DNA of 15,304 nucleotides from Deltaproteobacteria bacterium TL4 (GTDB lineage Bacteria > SAR324 > NAC60-12). Both the position numbers and the translations under genes were made by a program. Shown here piece after piece: positions 1-7,467 of this stretch. Within the stretch, counting starts at the first letter, position 1. The number at the start of each line of letters is the position of its first letter. The notes beneath the pieces are model-generated. The model did not search any database. It had not been told where the DNA came from and saw only the letters and a program-made list of their open reading frames with translations. The stretch lies in contig JBBCAX010000345.1 in assembly GCA_051382335.1 (NCBI GenBank), positions 1 to 15,304 of the forward strand, in the 5' to 3' direction.

Positions 1-8
1 CCTCCTTA
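1..8 (-). promoter_or_regulatory. Shine-Dalgarno site for a gene starting just left of the window
   Basis: Bases 1-8 (CCTCCTTA) read TAAGGAGG on the minus strand, a perfect SD, preceded by non-coding AT-rich DNA. Confidence 0.5.
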
Positions 9-127
9 AGTTGAGAAAGATTATTTGTTGTTTTGTCTCCTCTTTCTCTGGAGGACTCTTTGCTACTTTAGGTTGATTTTTTTTTGTTTTAATGGGTCAA
101 CCTGTTAGGTGGCCTGTAAAACATGCC

Positions 128-609
128 GTTCAGGAGGTCAGCTTCATCCGCATAAATGAAATTTTTGATGTTGCTGGAAATGTTTTCCGGGATGAGATGA
201 GCTTTAACGGCATCAGTATGGATCACATAATTGACCTTGGCAAGTGTACGGGAAACATTCCATTCCAGTTTTTTCTGTTGAACTTCATCTTGTTTGAGTC
301 GCTGAAATTCTTTAAGAATGTAAAGTTTGAGTTCCGCGCTGATCCAGGAGGCAAACTCAAAAGCAATATCCTGATGCGCAAAAGTCCCACCATATTTCCC
401 TGATTTTGAAGTGATACCAATAGCATTGGTTGATTCAATCCATTTTTTGGGAGATAAAACAAAATAATTGCTGCCTGCTTCAGTTTTAAACTGGTCGAAT
501 TCGACCAGTTTAAATTCGGGATTATTCAGTTTTTCCCATAAACCCAGAAATTCTATGGTACTTCGGCTTCGCAGCCAGTTTTTAACAACATCCGCAGGAG
601 CGTCATTGT
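128..609 (-). pseudogene. KilA-N domain DNA-binding protein, truncated at both ends
   Basis: ORF 89-640 carries typical KilA-N family motifs (DVVKNWLRSRSTIEFLGLWE, LSPKKWI, GKYGGTFAHQDIAFEFASWIS, YVIHTDAVK, YADEADLLN). The first ~10 codons come from the MITE at 609-770, and similarity stops abruptly after DLLN. Confidence 0.85.
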
Positions 610-770
610 GGGGTTGGTCACATTTTCGGCCATATGTCAAAAAACGGTCTTTGATTTACCACCTGGTTTGGGTTTTGTTCCGTAGAGGCAGACCTGTGTG
701 TCTGCCCGGGATCAGGGCGAACACACAGGTTCGCCCCTACAATTTGTGGCCGAAAATGTGACCAACCCCA
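609..770. mobile_element. MITE-like element with perfect 24-bp terminal inverted repeats, carrying a REP doublet
   Basis: TGGGGTTGGTCACATTTTCGGCCA (609-632) and its exact reverse complement TGGCCGAAAATGTGACCAACCCCA (747-770). No coding capacity and no clear target-site duplication. Confidence 0.8.
682..740. repeat. Inverted GTAG-type REP doublet (REPIN-like)
   Basis: GTAGAGGCAGACCTGTGTGTCTGCCC (682-707, +) and GTAGGGGCGAACCTGTGTGTTCGCCC (740-715, -). Each is GTAG plus a hairpin with the same loop, and the stems differ by compensatory AG/CT versus GA/TC changes. Confidence 0.85.
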
Positions 771-818
771 ATTCATTTATTAAAAAATCATTTATTTCGT
801 GTTTTTCGTGATTAATTT

Positions 819-1169
819 TCAAACCACCTGCACAGCTCGAAATATTTCTAAATTCATCTCCGACATTATCACTTTTTTCCGAATCAATGAAAACGTTTGA
901 TATACGATATAAAAAAGTGCTTTAGGGGCGTTTAGTTGTAAACCAGCATCAGTATAGGAATAATTAGTTTCAGATAGCTTTGTCTTTACTTCAAAGTTGG
1001 AATTGATGGATGTACTCAACTTAATATCTACTGCGTATGAAAATGCCTCGCTTATATCATCAAAGAAATTCAAAGGTGATTTTGAAATGTTATCTGAAGT
1101 TTGATTCTCTGCAAATAATAAGGAGCATGATAACAGTAAAATCGTGATGGCTAAAATTAGTTTATTTAT
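819..1169 (-). pseudogene. Small exported hypothetical protein, start codon apparently ATA (mutated or non-canonical)
   Basis: The frame of ORF 819-1073 stays open upstream to an ATA at 1169 that follows GAGGA. The extension reads INKLILAITILLLSCSLLFA-ENQ, a typical Sec signal peptide. Confidence 0.55.
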
Positions 1170-1239
1170 AATTTCCTCAAATATCGGATTCTGAGAGTGT
1201 CATCAAGGTAGGACAGATGTTCGCCTTTGCCGCAGCCGC

Positions 1240-1343
1240 CCGCAACGCTCCGCCGGACACGCAACACTCGATATGGGTGATTGGTTAGACCTTGCCCGTG
1301 GGACTTTCACCCTGAAAGAAATGGCAAGCTGTATTTGCCGCAT
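1240..1343 (-). mobile_element. Group II intron 5'-end (domain I) fragment overlapping the scpB 3' end
   Basis: Minus strand reads ATGCGGCAAATACAGCTTGCCATTTCTTTCAGGGTGAAAGTCCCACGGGCAAGGTCTAACCAATCACCCATATCGAGTGTTGCG. This has a GUGYG-like start and the GGGTGAAAGTCCC motif typical of bacterial group II intron 5' ends. No RT ORF follows. Confidence 0.7.
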
Positions 1344-1905
1344 CAACCAGTGAGCTCACAGGGGCGGGCGTTGCGTCTGTTTTTTCTTCCATATCCAGTT
1401 CAGAAAGTGAGGGGAGATTTTTAACATCCTTCAGTCCAAAAACTTCAAGAAACAGCTTGGTTGTCCCATATAAACTCGGACGGCCGGGAACTTCTTCTTT
1501 ACCAACGATTTTAATCAATTTTTTTTGCAGCAAATTCCTTAAGGTATAAGAAGAATCCACACCTCGTATAGATTCGATCTGAGCCCTGGTTGTGGGTTGG
1601 TTATAAGCAATAATGGATAAAGTTTCCAGAGTCGTTTGAGAAAGTTTGATGGTTCTCACGGTATCCATCTTTTTAATCCATTGCTGGCATTCAGGAAGAG
1701 TTCTTAACTGAAATCCGTCTCCAACAGGCACAACACGGAAAATTCTACCCGTTTGCTCATATTCGCGATTCAATTCTTGTATCGCCTCTTTAATTTGCGC
1801 AGAGGAGTATTCTTCCAGGAATTCGACAATTTTTTTGAGGGGAAGAGCGTGAGTTGAGGTAAACAGTAACGCTTCGACTATTTGATTACGCGTTAATAAG
1901 CTCAT
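1285..1905 (-). CDS. scpB: SMC-Scp complex subunit ScpB
   Basis: Motifs IVEALLF, GFQLRT, LSQTTLETLSIIAYNQPTTRAQIESIRGVDS, VPGRPSLYGTTKLFLEVFGL and LPSLSEL. The ATG at 1905 lies 2 nt after the upstream gene's stop. Confidence 0.95.
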   Translation of the reverse strand: MSLLTRNQIVEALLFTSTHALPLKKIVEFLEEYSSAQIKEAIQELNREYEQTGRIFRVVPVGDGFQLRTLPECQQWIKKMDTVRTIKLSQTTLETLSIIAYNQPTTRAQIESIRGVDSSYTLRNLLQKKLIKIVGKEEVPGRPSLYGTTKLFLEVFGLKDVKNLPSLSELDMEEKTDATPAPVSSLVDAANTACHFFQGESPTGKV

Positions 1906-1907
1906 GA

Positions 1908-3497
1908 TCAATAGTTATCAGAAATAAACAGTTTGCTAAAATCGATTTGTTCATCTTCAAGTTGAATGGTGATCCCATTCGGTGCTTTGGGGAGTTGGAG
2001 CTTAATGAAATTTGTTTCGTCTTTTCGATAAAATGACATCTTTGCCTGAAGGGATTCCACCTCGGCCGCAATCATTGAAAGATAGGGTTTGTATAAAGTA
2101 ACGGGTGGAGGTTTTATCGGAGGACCAAACTCCGCTTTTAACATAAGATTATAAATTTCACTGGGGTTTTGATTCAACAACCAATCCGCCATCGTCGCCG
2201 TGATGATATTTTTCTCAAGAGCCCGTTCCACAATCAACTTGGTATCAAAACACATTCCATCGTCACTGTATATGAAATTAAGATTATCCCCATCATTCTC
2301 AATAGCTAATTGGATTTTCGCGACAAACGATTTTCCCATTAGTTTTCTTTCTTTGGGAATTTCAATATGTTCGACGATGATATAGCGTAAGGTGTTGATC
2401 AAATACCGACAGATCCCATGTTGTGCGTAGTGAGAAGATAAAATAATCAGAGGATCCTGAAGTGTGAATTGAATGCTCTTTTCCAATTGATAGGAAAGAT
2501 CCGCCGCAATCAACTTAACACGCACAAAGGTTTGATTGATGAGTTCATTATCAATCTTGATGAGGTGATTAAAACACTTGCTGACTTGTTTTTCTAAAAT
2601 CGCATGAGTTTTGTCATACTTGACAATTTGACGCAACACTTCGAAATCATTGATTAAATCACGGTACTGGCGTTCATCCAAGCCCCAAGGGTTTTCTCTC
2701 GTACGATGGTATCCGATATCTTTTTTATAATTAAAATAAACCGCGATCACATCTCCTAGCGTAATCATATCCCAAAGAGTACTCAAAGCAAACCGATAGT
2801 CCTCAAACCACTCTTTTGAAAGAGGGTTTGATTTTGCTTTTTCAAGGCGGTCCTGAATCAATTCACAAAGTTCAGTCATTTTATGCACTTGCAACCAAGT
2901 GGTTGTTTTCTGAATTTCACCACATTGCGTTTGAATATCTACATAGGATTCCAATACGTCTTCCGGTGTAAAAGATTTAGACTGAATCCCTTCATAATGG
3001 GTTCTGAGATCCTTAAACGAATAATTATAAAAAGCTTCACCAAACCCAATACCACGATAGTATTCATCCAGATACATTTGTACTAGAGCCGATTCATGCT
3101 GAACGTTAATATCGGATGCGTCAACAAGCTGAATAATCAGAAAGGTAGGAGCTTGTTTTCGCGAATAAATGGAGAATTTTAACTCACAGGTGGCCTCTTC
3201 TTCTTCTAATTTTAATTGAGGCGCATTTCGCCCCAGTTCTTCCAGAGAAACTTTTTGAAATAAAACCGCTTCGATCCATTGATAGATTCGATCTAAATCA
3301 TCAATTCGATATTTTCGCAGCAAGCCACTGTAAATATTGTTATTCAGTATTCCGTGCGTTGTAGGAAAACGCTGATAGAAACCTTTAAAGCGAGAAATAT
3401 TTTCAAAAACCACTTTATTGGTTTGAAAATCCATCAAACAAAAGGGTGCTTCTTTAAGCAAAATTTTTGACGCATTTGAAACATTAGTATCAGTCAT
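1908..3497 (-). CDS. CheA-like protein with degenerate Hpt and HATPase domains (probable pseudokinase)
   Basis: EHIEIPKERKLMGKSFVAKIQLAIENDGDNLNFIYSDDGMCFDTKLIVERALEKNII parallels the CheA-specific DHGIE..EER...GK...G.I.L....G....I.V.DDG.G.D...I...A...G.I segment. The N-box Asn, G2 glycines and Hpt His are not recognisable. No CheW domain. Confidence 0.65.
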   Translation of the reverse strand: MTDTNVSNASKILLKEAPFCLMDFQTNKVVFENISRFKGFYQRFPTTHGILNNNIYSGLLRKYRIDDLDRIYQWIEAVLFQKVSLEELGRNAPQLKLEEEEATCELKFSIYSRKQAPTFLIIQLVDASDINVQHESALVQMYLDEYYRGIGFGEAFYNYSFKDLRTHYEGIQSKSFTPEDVLESYVDIQTQCGEIQKTTTWLQVHKMTELCELIQDRLEKAKSNPLSKEWFEDYRFALSTLWDMITLGDVIAVYFNYKKDIGYHRTRENPWGLDERQYRDLINDFEVLRQIVKYDKTHAILEKQVSKCFNHLIKIDNELINQTFVRVKLIAADLSYQLEKSIQFTLQDPLIILSSHYAQHGICRYLINTLRYIIVEHIEIPKERKLMGKSFVAKIQLAIENDGDNLNFIYSDDGMCFDTKLIVERALEKNIITATMADWLLNQNPSEIYNLMLKAEFGPPIKPPPVTLYKPYLSMIAAEVESLQAKMSFYRKDETNFIKLQLPKAPNGITIQLEDEQIDFSKLFISDNY

Positions 3498-3539
3498 TCG
3501 GCATTACAGCTATACGGAGTGGAGATCACTCCAGGTTAA

Positions 3540-5717
3540 TCATGAGGTTCTTGACGGAACTTTAACAAAAATTAAGGCACCTTGTAGTATTTTACAGTGA
3601 TAATCAGAACTATTCATATGCACTAATGCATTTTCAAGTAGTGAGCCATTCATGTGTGCTGTGCGTAATTCTTTTTCGGTTAAATCTGTTCCTCTCAAAT
3701 CCGCTTCCCGAAGATCGGTTCTAACCAAGGTCGCTCCTGAAAGCGTTGCATTGTTCAGGTGGACTCCTCGCATCAGTGTGCCGGTCAAATTGGTACGCCC
3801 CATTTTGGCGTATCGTAAGTCCACTTTTTCAAAAAAACAGCGACTCAGGTCCGCTCCCCGTAAATCGACATTGGTGAGATCTACTTTTGAAAGATCATTT
3901 CCGGACAGGTCTGCGCCTTTAAGTCTCGCTTCTGTCAGTTTGACTCCGGCGAAATCCACGTTTTTCATGATGGCGCCTTCCAGGTAAGCACCAATCATAT
4001 CAACCCCCATCAAGTGTGCTCCAGTAAAATTGGCACCTGTCATATTGGCCCCTTTCAGAATGGCGCCCGTCATGTTGGCTTTTTCCAGGTTGGTTCTTAA
4101 CAGTTTTGCGTTCGAAAGGTCTACATTGGTCAAGTTGGCCTGTACCAGTTGACAATCCTCCATTTTAGCGCCACGAATCAAGGTTCGTTCGAGAATCGCA
4201 TTATTAAACGTTGTGCGCGTTAAATTAGCATTATTCATATAAACGTCGGTTAAGTTTGCGCCAGAAAAATCCGATCCTTCCAAGTTCGCTTTATATAAAT
4301 TGGCTTCAATCAGGTTGGCATTAATAAATTTTGAATCTTGCGCCTCACAGCCACTCAATATCGCAGCGTCTAATCGGGCATTGCTGAAATCAGCAGCGTT
4401 ATATTTGGCATCAATGCATACCGCTTTTTCCAAGTGGGCTGATTTAAAATTACACTGATCAAATTCAGACGAAACCATATTGGCTGTGGTCATGACGCAA
4501 CTTTCAAAATTCGTCTTGGAACCTTTCGATGAAAATAAATTGAGATTCAGCATTTCTGAGTTTTGAAATTGGGCCCCATCCAGTGTGCTTTGAACAATGC
4601 TGCTTTCAATCAAACGGCAATTAGAAAAATCAGCCTCATGAAGTTCAGAATTCCTGATTTCAACAGACATGACTGAATTGTTAAAAATACTCCCATGCAT
4701 CTGGGTGTCAATGATTTGAGACTCAAAGATGGTACTGTGATTAAAATCGGAGTGAGAAAGATTTGCCCCTAGAAAACGCACAAAATGCAATTTTTGCTTC
4801 ACACACGAAGAATAGGGGGTCTTGAATTGATGAAAAGAAATATCCTTAAACTCCAGCCCATCCAGATTGATTTTTTCAAAATAGGGCATCACTTCCAAAT
4901 CCAATTCTTCCGAAGTCAAAGAACGAGCCAGTATCAGCCAACGTGAAAACTGAATGGCGGTAGTTTTATCTTTGCAGGGAGTCCACTGTGCCTTGAGATA
5001 GTGATGGCACTCTTGAAGCAGGCGAAATACAAACATTCCGGCACGAGCATTACAAAAAATAGTAGGGCGCCCCGTCTTATTATAAGCATGGAATTGAGCA
5101 TTGAAAACGAAGTCCTCAACCGGTTCCTGCCGAATAATTTTTTCAAAAAACAGCATAAACCGCTTGATGATAATAGAGGCAATCTCATGCCCCTGGGGAA
5201 GGCTATCCAACCATTGTCCGAAATCATCAAACAAATGATACGCAGATCCCGTTGGTGTTTCAGATAACAACTGGAGCATCACCTGATTATCAATTTGATT
5301 CCATCGATCTTCACGTGCGTGGTGATCCGACCAGTTTAATAAATTCTGGTGTAACCATTCCGTGTTTAATGAATTTCCATTGAGAGCTTGGTTCTGGGGG
5401 GCTAATGCTCCTGAAGGCTCTGCCATGGGTTCATTCTGCAAGTCCTCAGTGTTTTGCTCTTGAGTGTGAGAACTTTGGACATTCAAAGACGTTTCCAGTT
5501 CGGGCAGTGCCAGATCCCTGTGGGCTTTTATTTTCGGTGTTTGTGCGTCAACACCCAGTTCTTCAGGATCTTTAAGCGCTAAAAGTTCGTCCTCTGAATC
5601 CTCTTGATCCTCAGGCCGTGCTGCCACAGACCCGGATCGGGTCCCCTCAGACGCAACCGCTAGTTTTGCCTCATTCTTTATTCCAAGTTTCAACTTGTCC
5701 AAGCTTGACTCCTTCAT
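3540..5717 (-). CDS. Pentapeptide-repeat protein (725 aa) with an acidic low-complexity N-terminus
   Basis: The C-terminal ~400 aa are A(D/N)Lxx-type repeats (ANLIE ANLYK ANLEG SDFSG ANLTD; ADLSG NDLSK VDLTN VDLRG ADLSR). Confidence 0.92.
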   Translation of the reverse strand: MKESSLDKLKLGIKNEAKLAVASEGTRSGSVAARPEDQEDSEDELLALKDPEELGVDAQTPKIKAHRDLALPELETSLNVQSSHTQEQNTEDLQNEPMAEPSGALAPQNQALNGNSLNTEWLHQNLLNWSDHHAREDRWNQIDNQVMLQLLSETPTGSAYHLFDDFGQWLDSLPQGHEIASIIIKRFMLFFEKIIRQEPVEDFVFNAQFHAYNKTGRPTIFCNARAGMFVFRLLQECHHYLKAQWTPCKDKTTAIQFSRWLILARSLTSEELDLEVMPYFEKINLDGLEFKDISFHQFKTPYSSCVKQKLHFVRFLGANLSHSDFNHSTIFESQIIDTQMHGSIFNNSVMSVEIRNSELHEADFSNCRLIESSIVQSTLDGAQFQNSEMLNLNLFSSKGSKTNFESCVMTTANMVSSEFDQCNFKSAHLEKAVCIDAKYNAADFSNARLDAAILSGCEAQDSKFINANLIEANLYKANLEGSDFSGANLTDVYMNNANLTRTTFNNAILERTLIRGAKMEDCQLVQANLTNVDLSNAKLLRTNLEKANMTGAILKGANMTGANFTGAHLMGVDMIGAYLEGAIMKNVDFAGVKLTEARLKGADLSGNDLSKVDLTNVDLRGADLSRCFFEKVDLRYAKMGRTNLTGTLMRGVHLNNATLSGATLVRTDLREADLRGTDLTEKELRTAHMNGSLLENALVHMNSSDYHCKILQGALIFVKVPSRTS

Positions 5718-6051
5718 TAGTAATTTGCTGTCACGATCAGGGTATTCGTTGCATGGTATCAGCTTTTTATAAAAGCGGTGACATCCGTATATTGGTTAAA
5801 AATACCCAGTGCCAAAGACTAAACGCTATTTTTCAACCGTGATTAATTAAGGGGGCCGTGACACTTCCCGGGATTTACATGATCCCTCAGTATATCTATT
5901 ACAAAAGAACGGCACTTTTCGCAACAGGATTCATGTGGTTTTGTAAAATTGTTCCACTCCAACACCATTTATGCCTTGTTTCTCTATCTTTTAAATTCTT
6001 CATCGTCTGTCTCTTGCCCCTTGTTCCTTGAGGTTTTCAGCAATTCAGCGT

Positions 6052-6247
6052 TTAACTTATTGCTAACCAGTTAAACTTCATTTTTTTCTTGAGTTTGAGA
6101 GAGTTTATCGATGTTCCCTGATATTTTTTGGGCAATCCATCAACAATCGCTACAATGGGAAGAACAGCATTGGCTTTGATACGTGACAAAAAATAACCTC
6201 CCGCTTGCTCAATGAGAATGTGATCTTTGGCAGAATCGTTGATGGCT
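6052..6247 (-). mobile_element. IS4-family transposase fragment fused to the truncated helicase
   Basis: IEQAGGYFLSRIKANA resembles the segment following the D(R/L)GY motif of IS4-family transposases. Base composition switches abruptly from GC-rich to AT-rich near 6250. Confidence 0.55.
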
Positions 6248-6808
6248 GCCCCTGGAGCTAGACGCTGTAAGGTGCCGATGTCGTCGTTCAGCACGAGATG
6301 GAACTGCTCGTTGAAGTGGGTCTGCATTTCCGCCACCCACTGGGTGGCGATGCCTTTGGGGGAGACAACCAGGGTTCGACGCACCAGCCCGCGCAGCTTG
6401 AGCTCGCGCATGACCAGCCCGGCCTTGAGGGGCTTGCCAAGACCCACTTCGTCGGCCAGCAGGTAGCGCACGCGGTCGCCGGAGATGGCCCGGGACAAGG
6501 CGTGGATCTGGTACGGCAGCGGAATGACGTTGGACTCCATGGGAGCCAGCAATACATGGCCATCGGTGGCGCGAGCCTTCAAGCACCTCGGCCACCTTGG
6601 CTGCGGCGGCCACATAGGCAATGCGTCCGGCCTCAATCTCTGGCTGCAAGTCGGCACTCAACGGCCGCAAAGCGGAGCGGGGCACGCGCACCACCGCGTC
6701 CTGGTTCGGCAACCAGACACGGCAAACCGTCTGCCCCCACAAGGTCTATTCCTCGATGACCTTGCAGGCGCTGTTATGAACGGTGCTGTATTGCCATGGA
6801 GAATTCAT
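6248..6808 (-). pseudogene. SNF2-family helicase (BrxHII-like), 5' remnant
   Basis: ATG at 6808 overlaps the upstream TGA. There is an in-frame TAG at 6746-6748 (VIEE*TLWGQ) and a frameshift near 6571. SNF2 motifs follow (PLPYQIHA, RYLLADEVGLGK with decayed PLK in place of TIE, LVVSPKGIATQWVAEM), then truncation near 6248. Confidence 0.88.
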
Positions 6809-7464
6809 ACGGTTGCCATTCTCCTAATTCCATCACGAAAAGCTTTGAAACTTGGAGATTGATTCGTTTGCACGTCAAGTAGCGGACAGATCTCTTTGGC
6901 CCAAATTCTTTTCTGTTCAAGAATTCTGACAGATCGTTTGCCGTGCTGTCCCAATGCTGTCAAGCCGCCAGGGTAGATCGCCTCTGCAAGTTTTTCCCAT
7001 GTGCCACACTGAGAATCTTGGACATAGGCGTCTAATACCGGTTGTCGAGCCTCAGGGTATGCTTGCTTGATTGCGTCTTGATCGCCAAGGAGCCAGGCTT
7101 CAAGTTCCTCGATGGCTATACGAAAGAGCGCATTTGGTTGTTGTGGGCAATGGTCCAGAAGCTGAACTAAGTCAATTTTGAATGAGACACAATCAGGTCT
7201 ATCATCGAGATCAACTAATACAACGACAACAACATCATCACGCCCTTCATCACCGTAAGCACGAAGTTTCGATGGCAGGTTGTGCAAAAGAGTTTGATCG
7301 TGTTTGTTGGGTTTCGCTCCGAGATTATCAGGAATCCGACCGATTCCACGATGTTTATGGATTTTCCATGTGTGCGGGTTACCATAATCACCAAGAACCC
7401 GATTCATCAGGATGGAGAGGGCAGTCAACTCAGCCTGTCCCTCGACAAGAATTTCGAAGTGCAT
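6805..7464 (-). CDS. TOPRIM-like protein (DUF4276/RloB-like), partner of the ABC ATPase
   Basis: N-terminal ILVEG, central VVLVDLDD (DxD), IEELEAWLLGD and C-terminal NQSPSFKAF. It starts 3 nt after the ATPase stop. Confidence 0.8.
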   Translation of the reverse strand: MHFEILVEGQAELTALSILMNRVLGDYGNPHTWKIHKHRGIGRIPDNLGAKPNKHDQTLLHNLPSKLRAYGDEGRDDVVVVVLVDLDDRPDCVSFKIDLVQLLDHCPQQPNALFRIAIEELEAWLLGDQDAIKQAYPEARQPVLDAYVQDSQCGTWEKLAEAIYPGGLTALGQHGKRSVRILEQKRIWAKEICPLLDVQTNQSPSFKAFRDGIRRMATV

Positions 7465-7467
7465 GCT

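Noticed and set aside
3652..3987. Ser/Arg-rich repetitive plus-strand ORF
   Set aside because: It is the antisense of the pentapeptide repeats.
6209..6862. Several overlapping ORFs on both strands
   Set aside because: They are shadow frames of GC-rich helicase pseudogene DNA. Only parts of 6209-6742 and 6052-6657 carry real helicase sequence.
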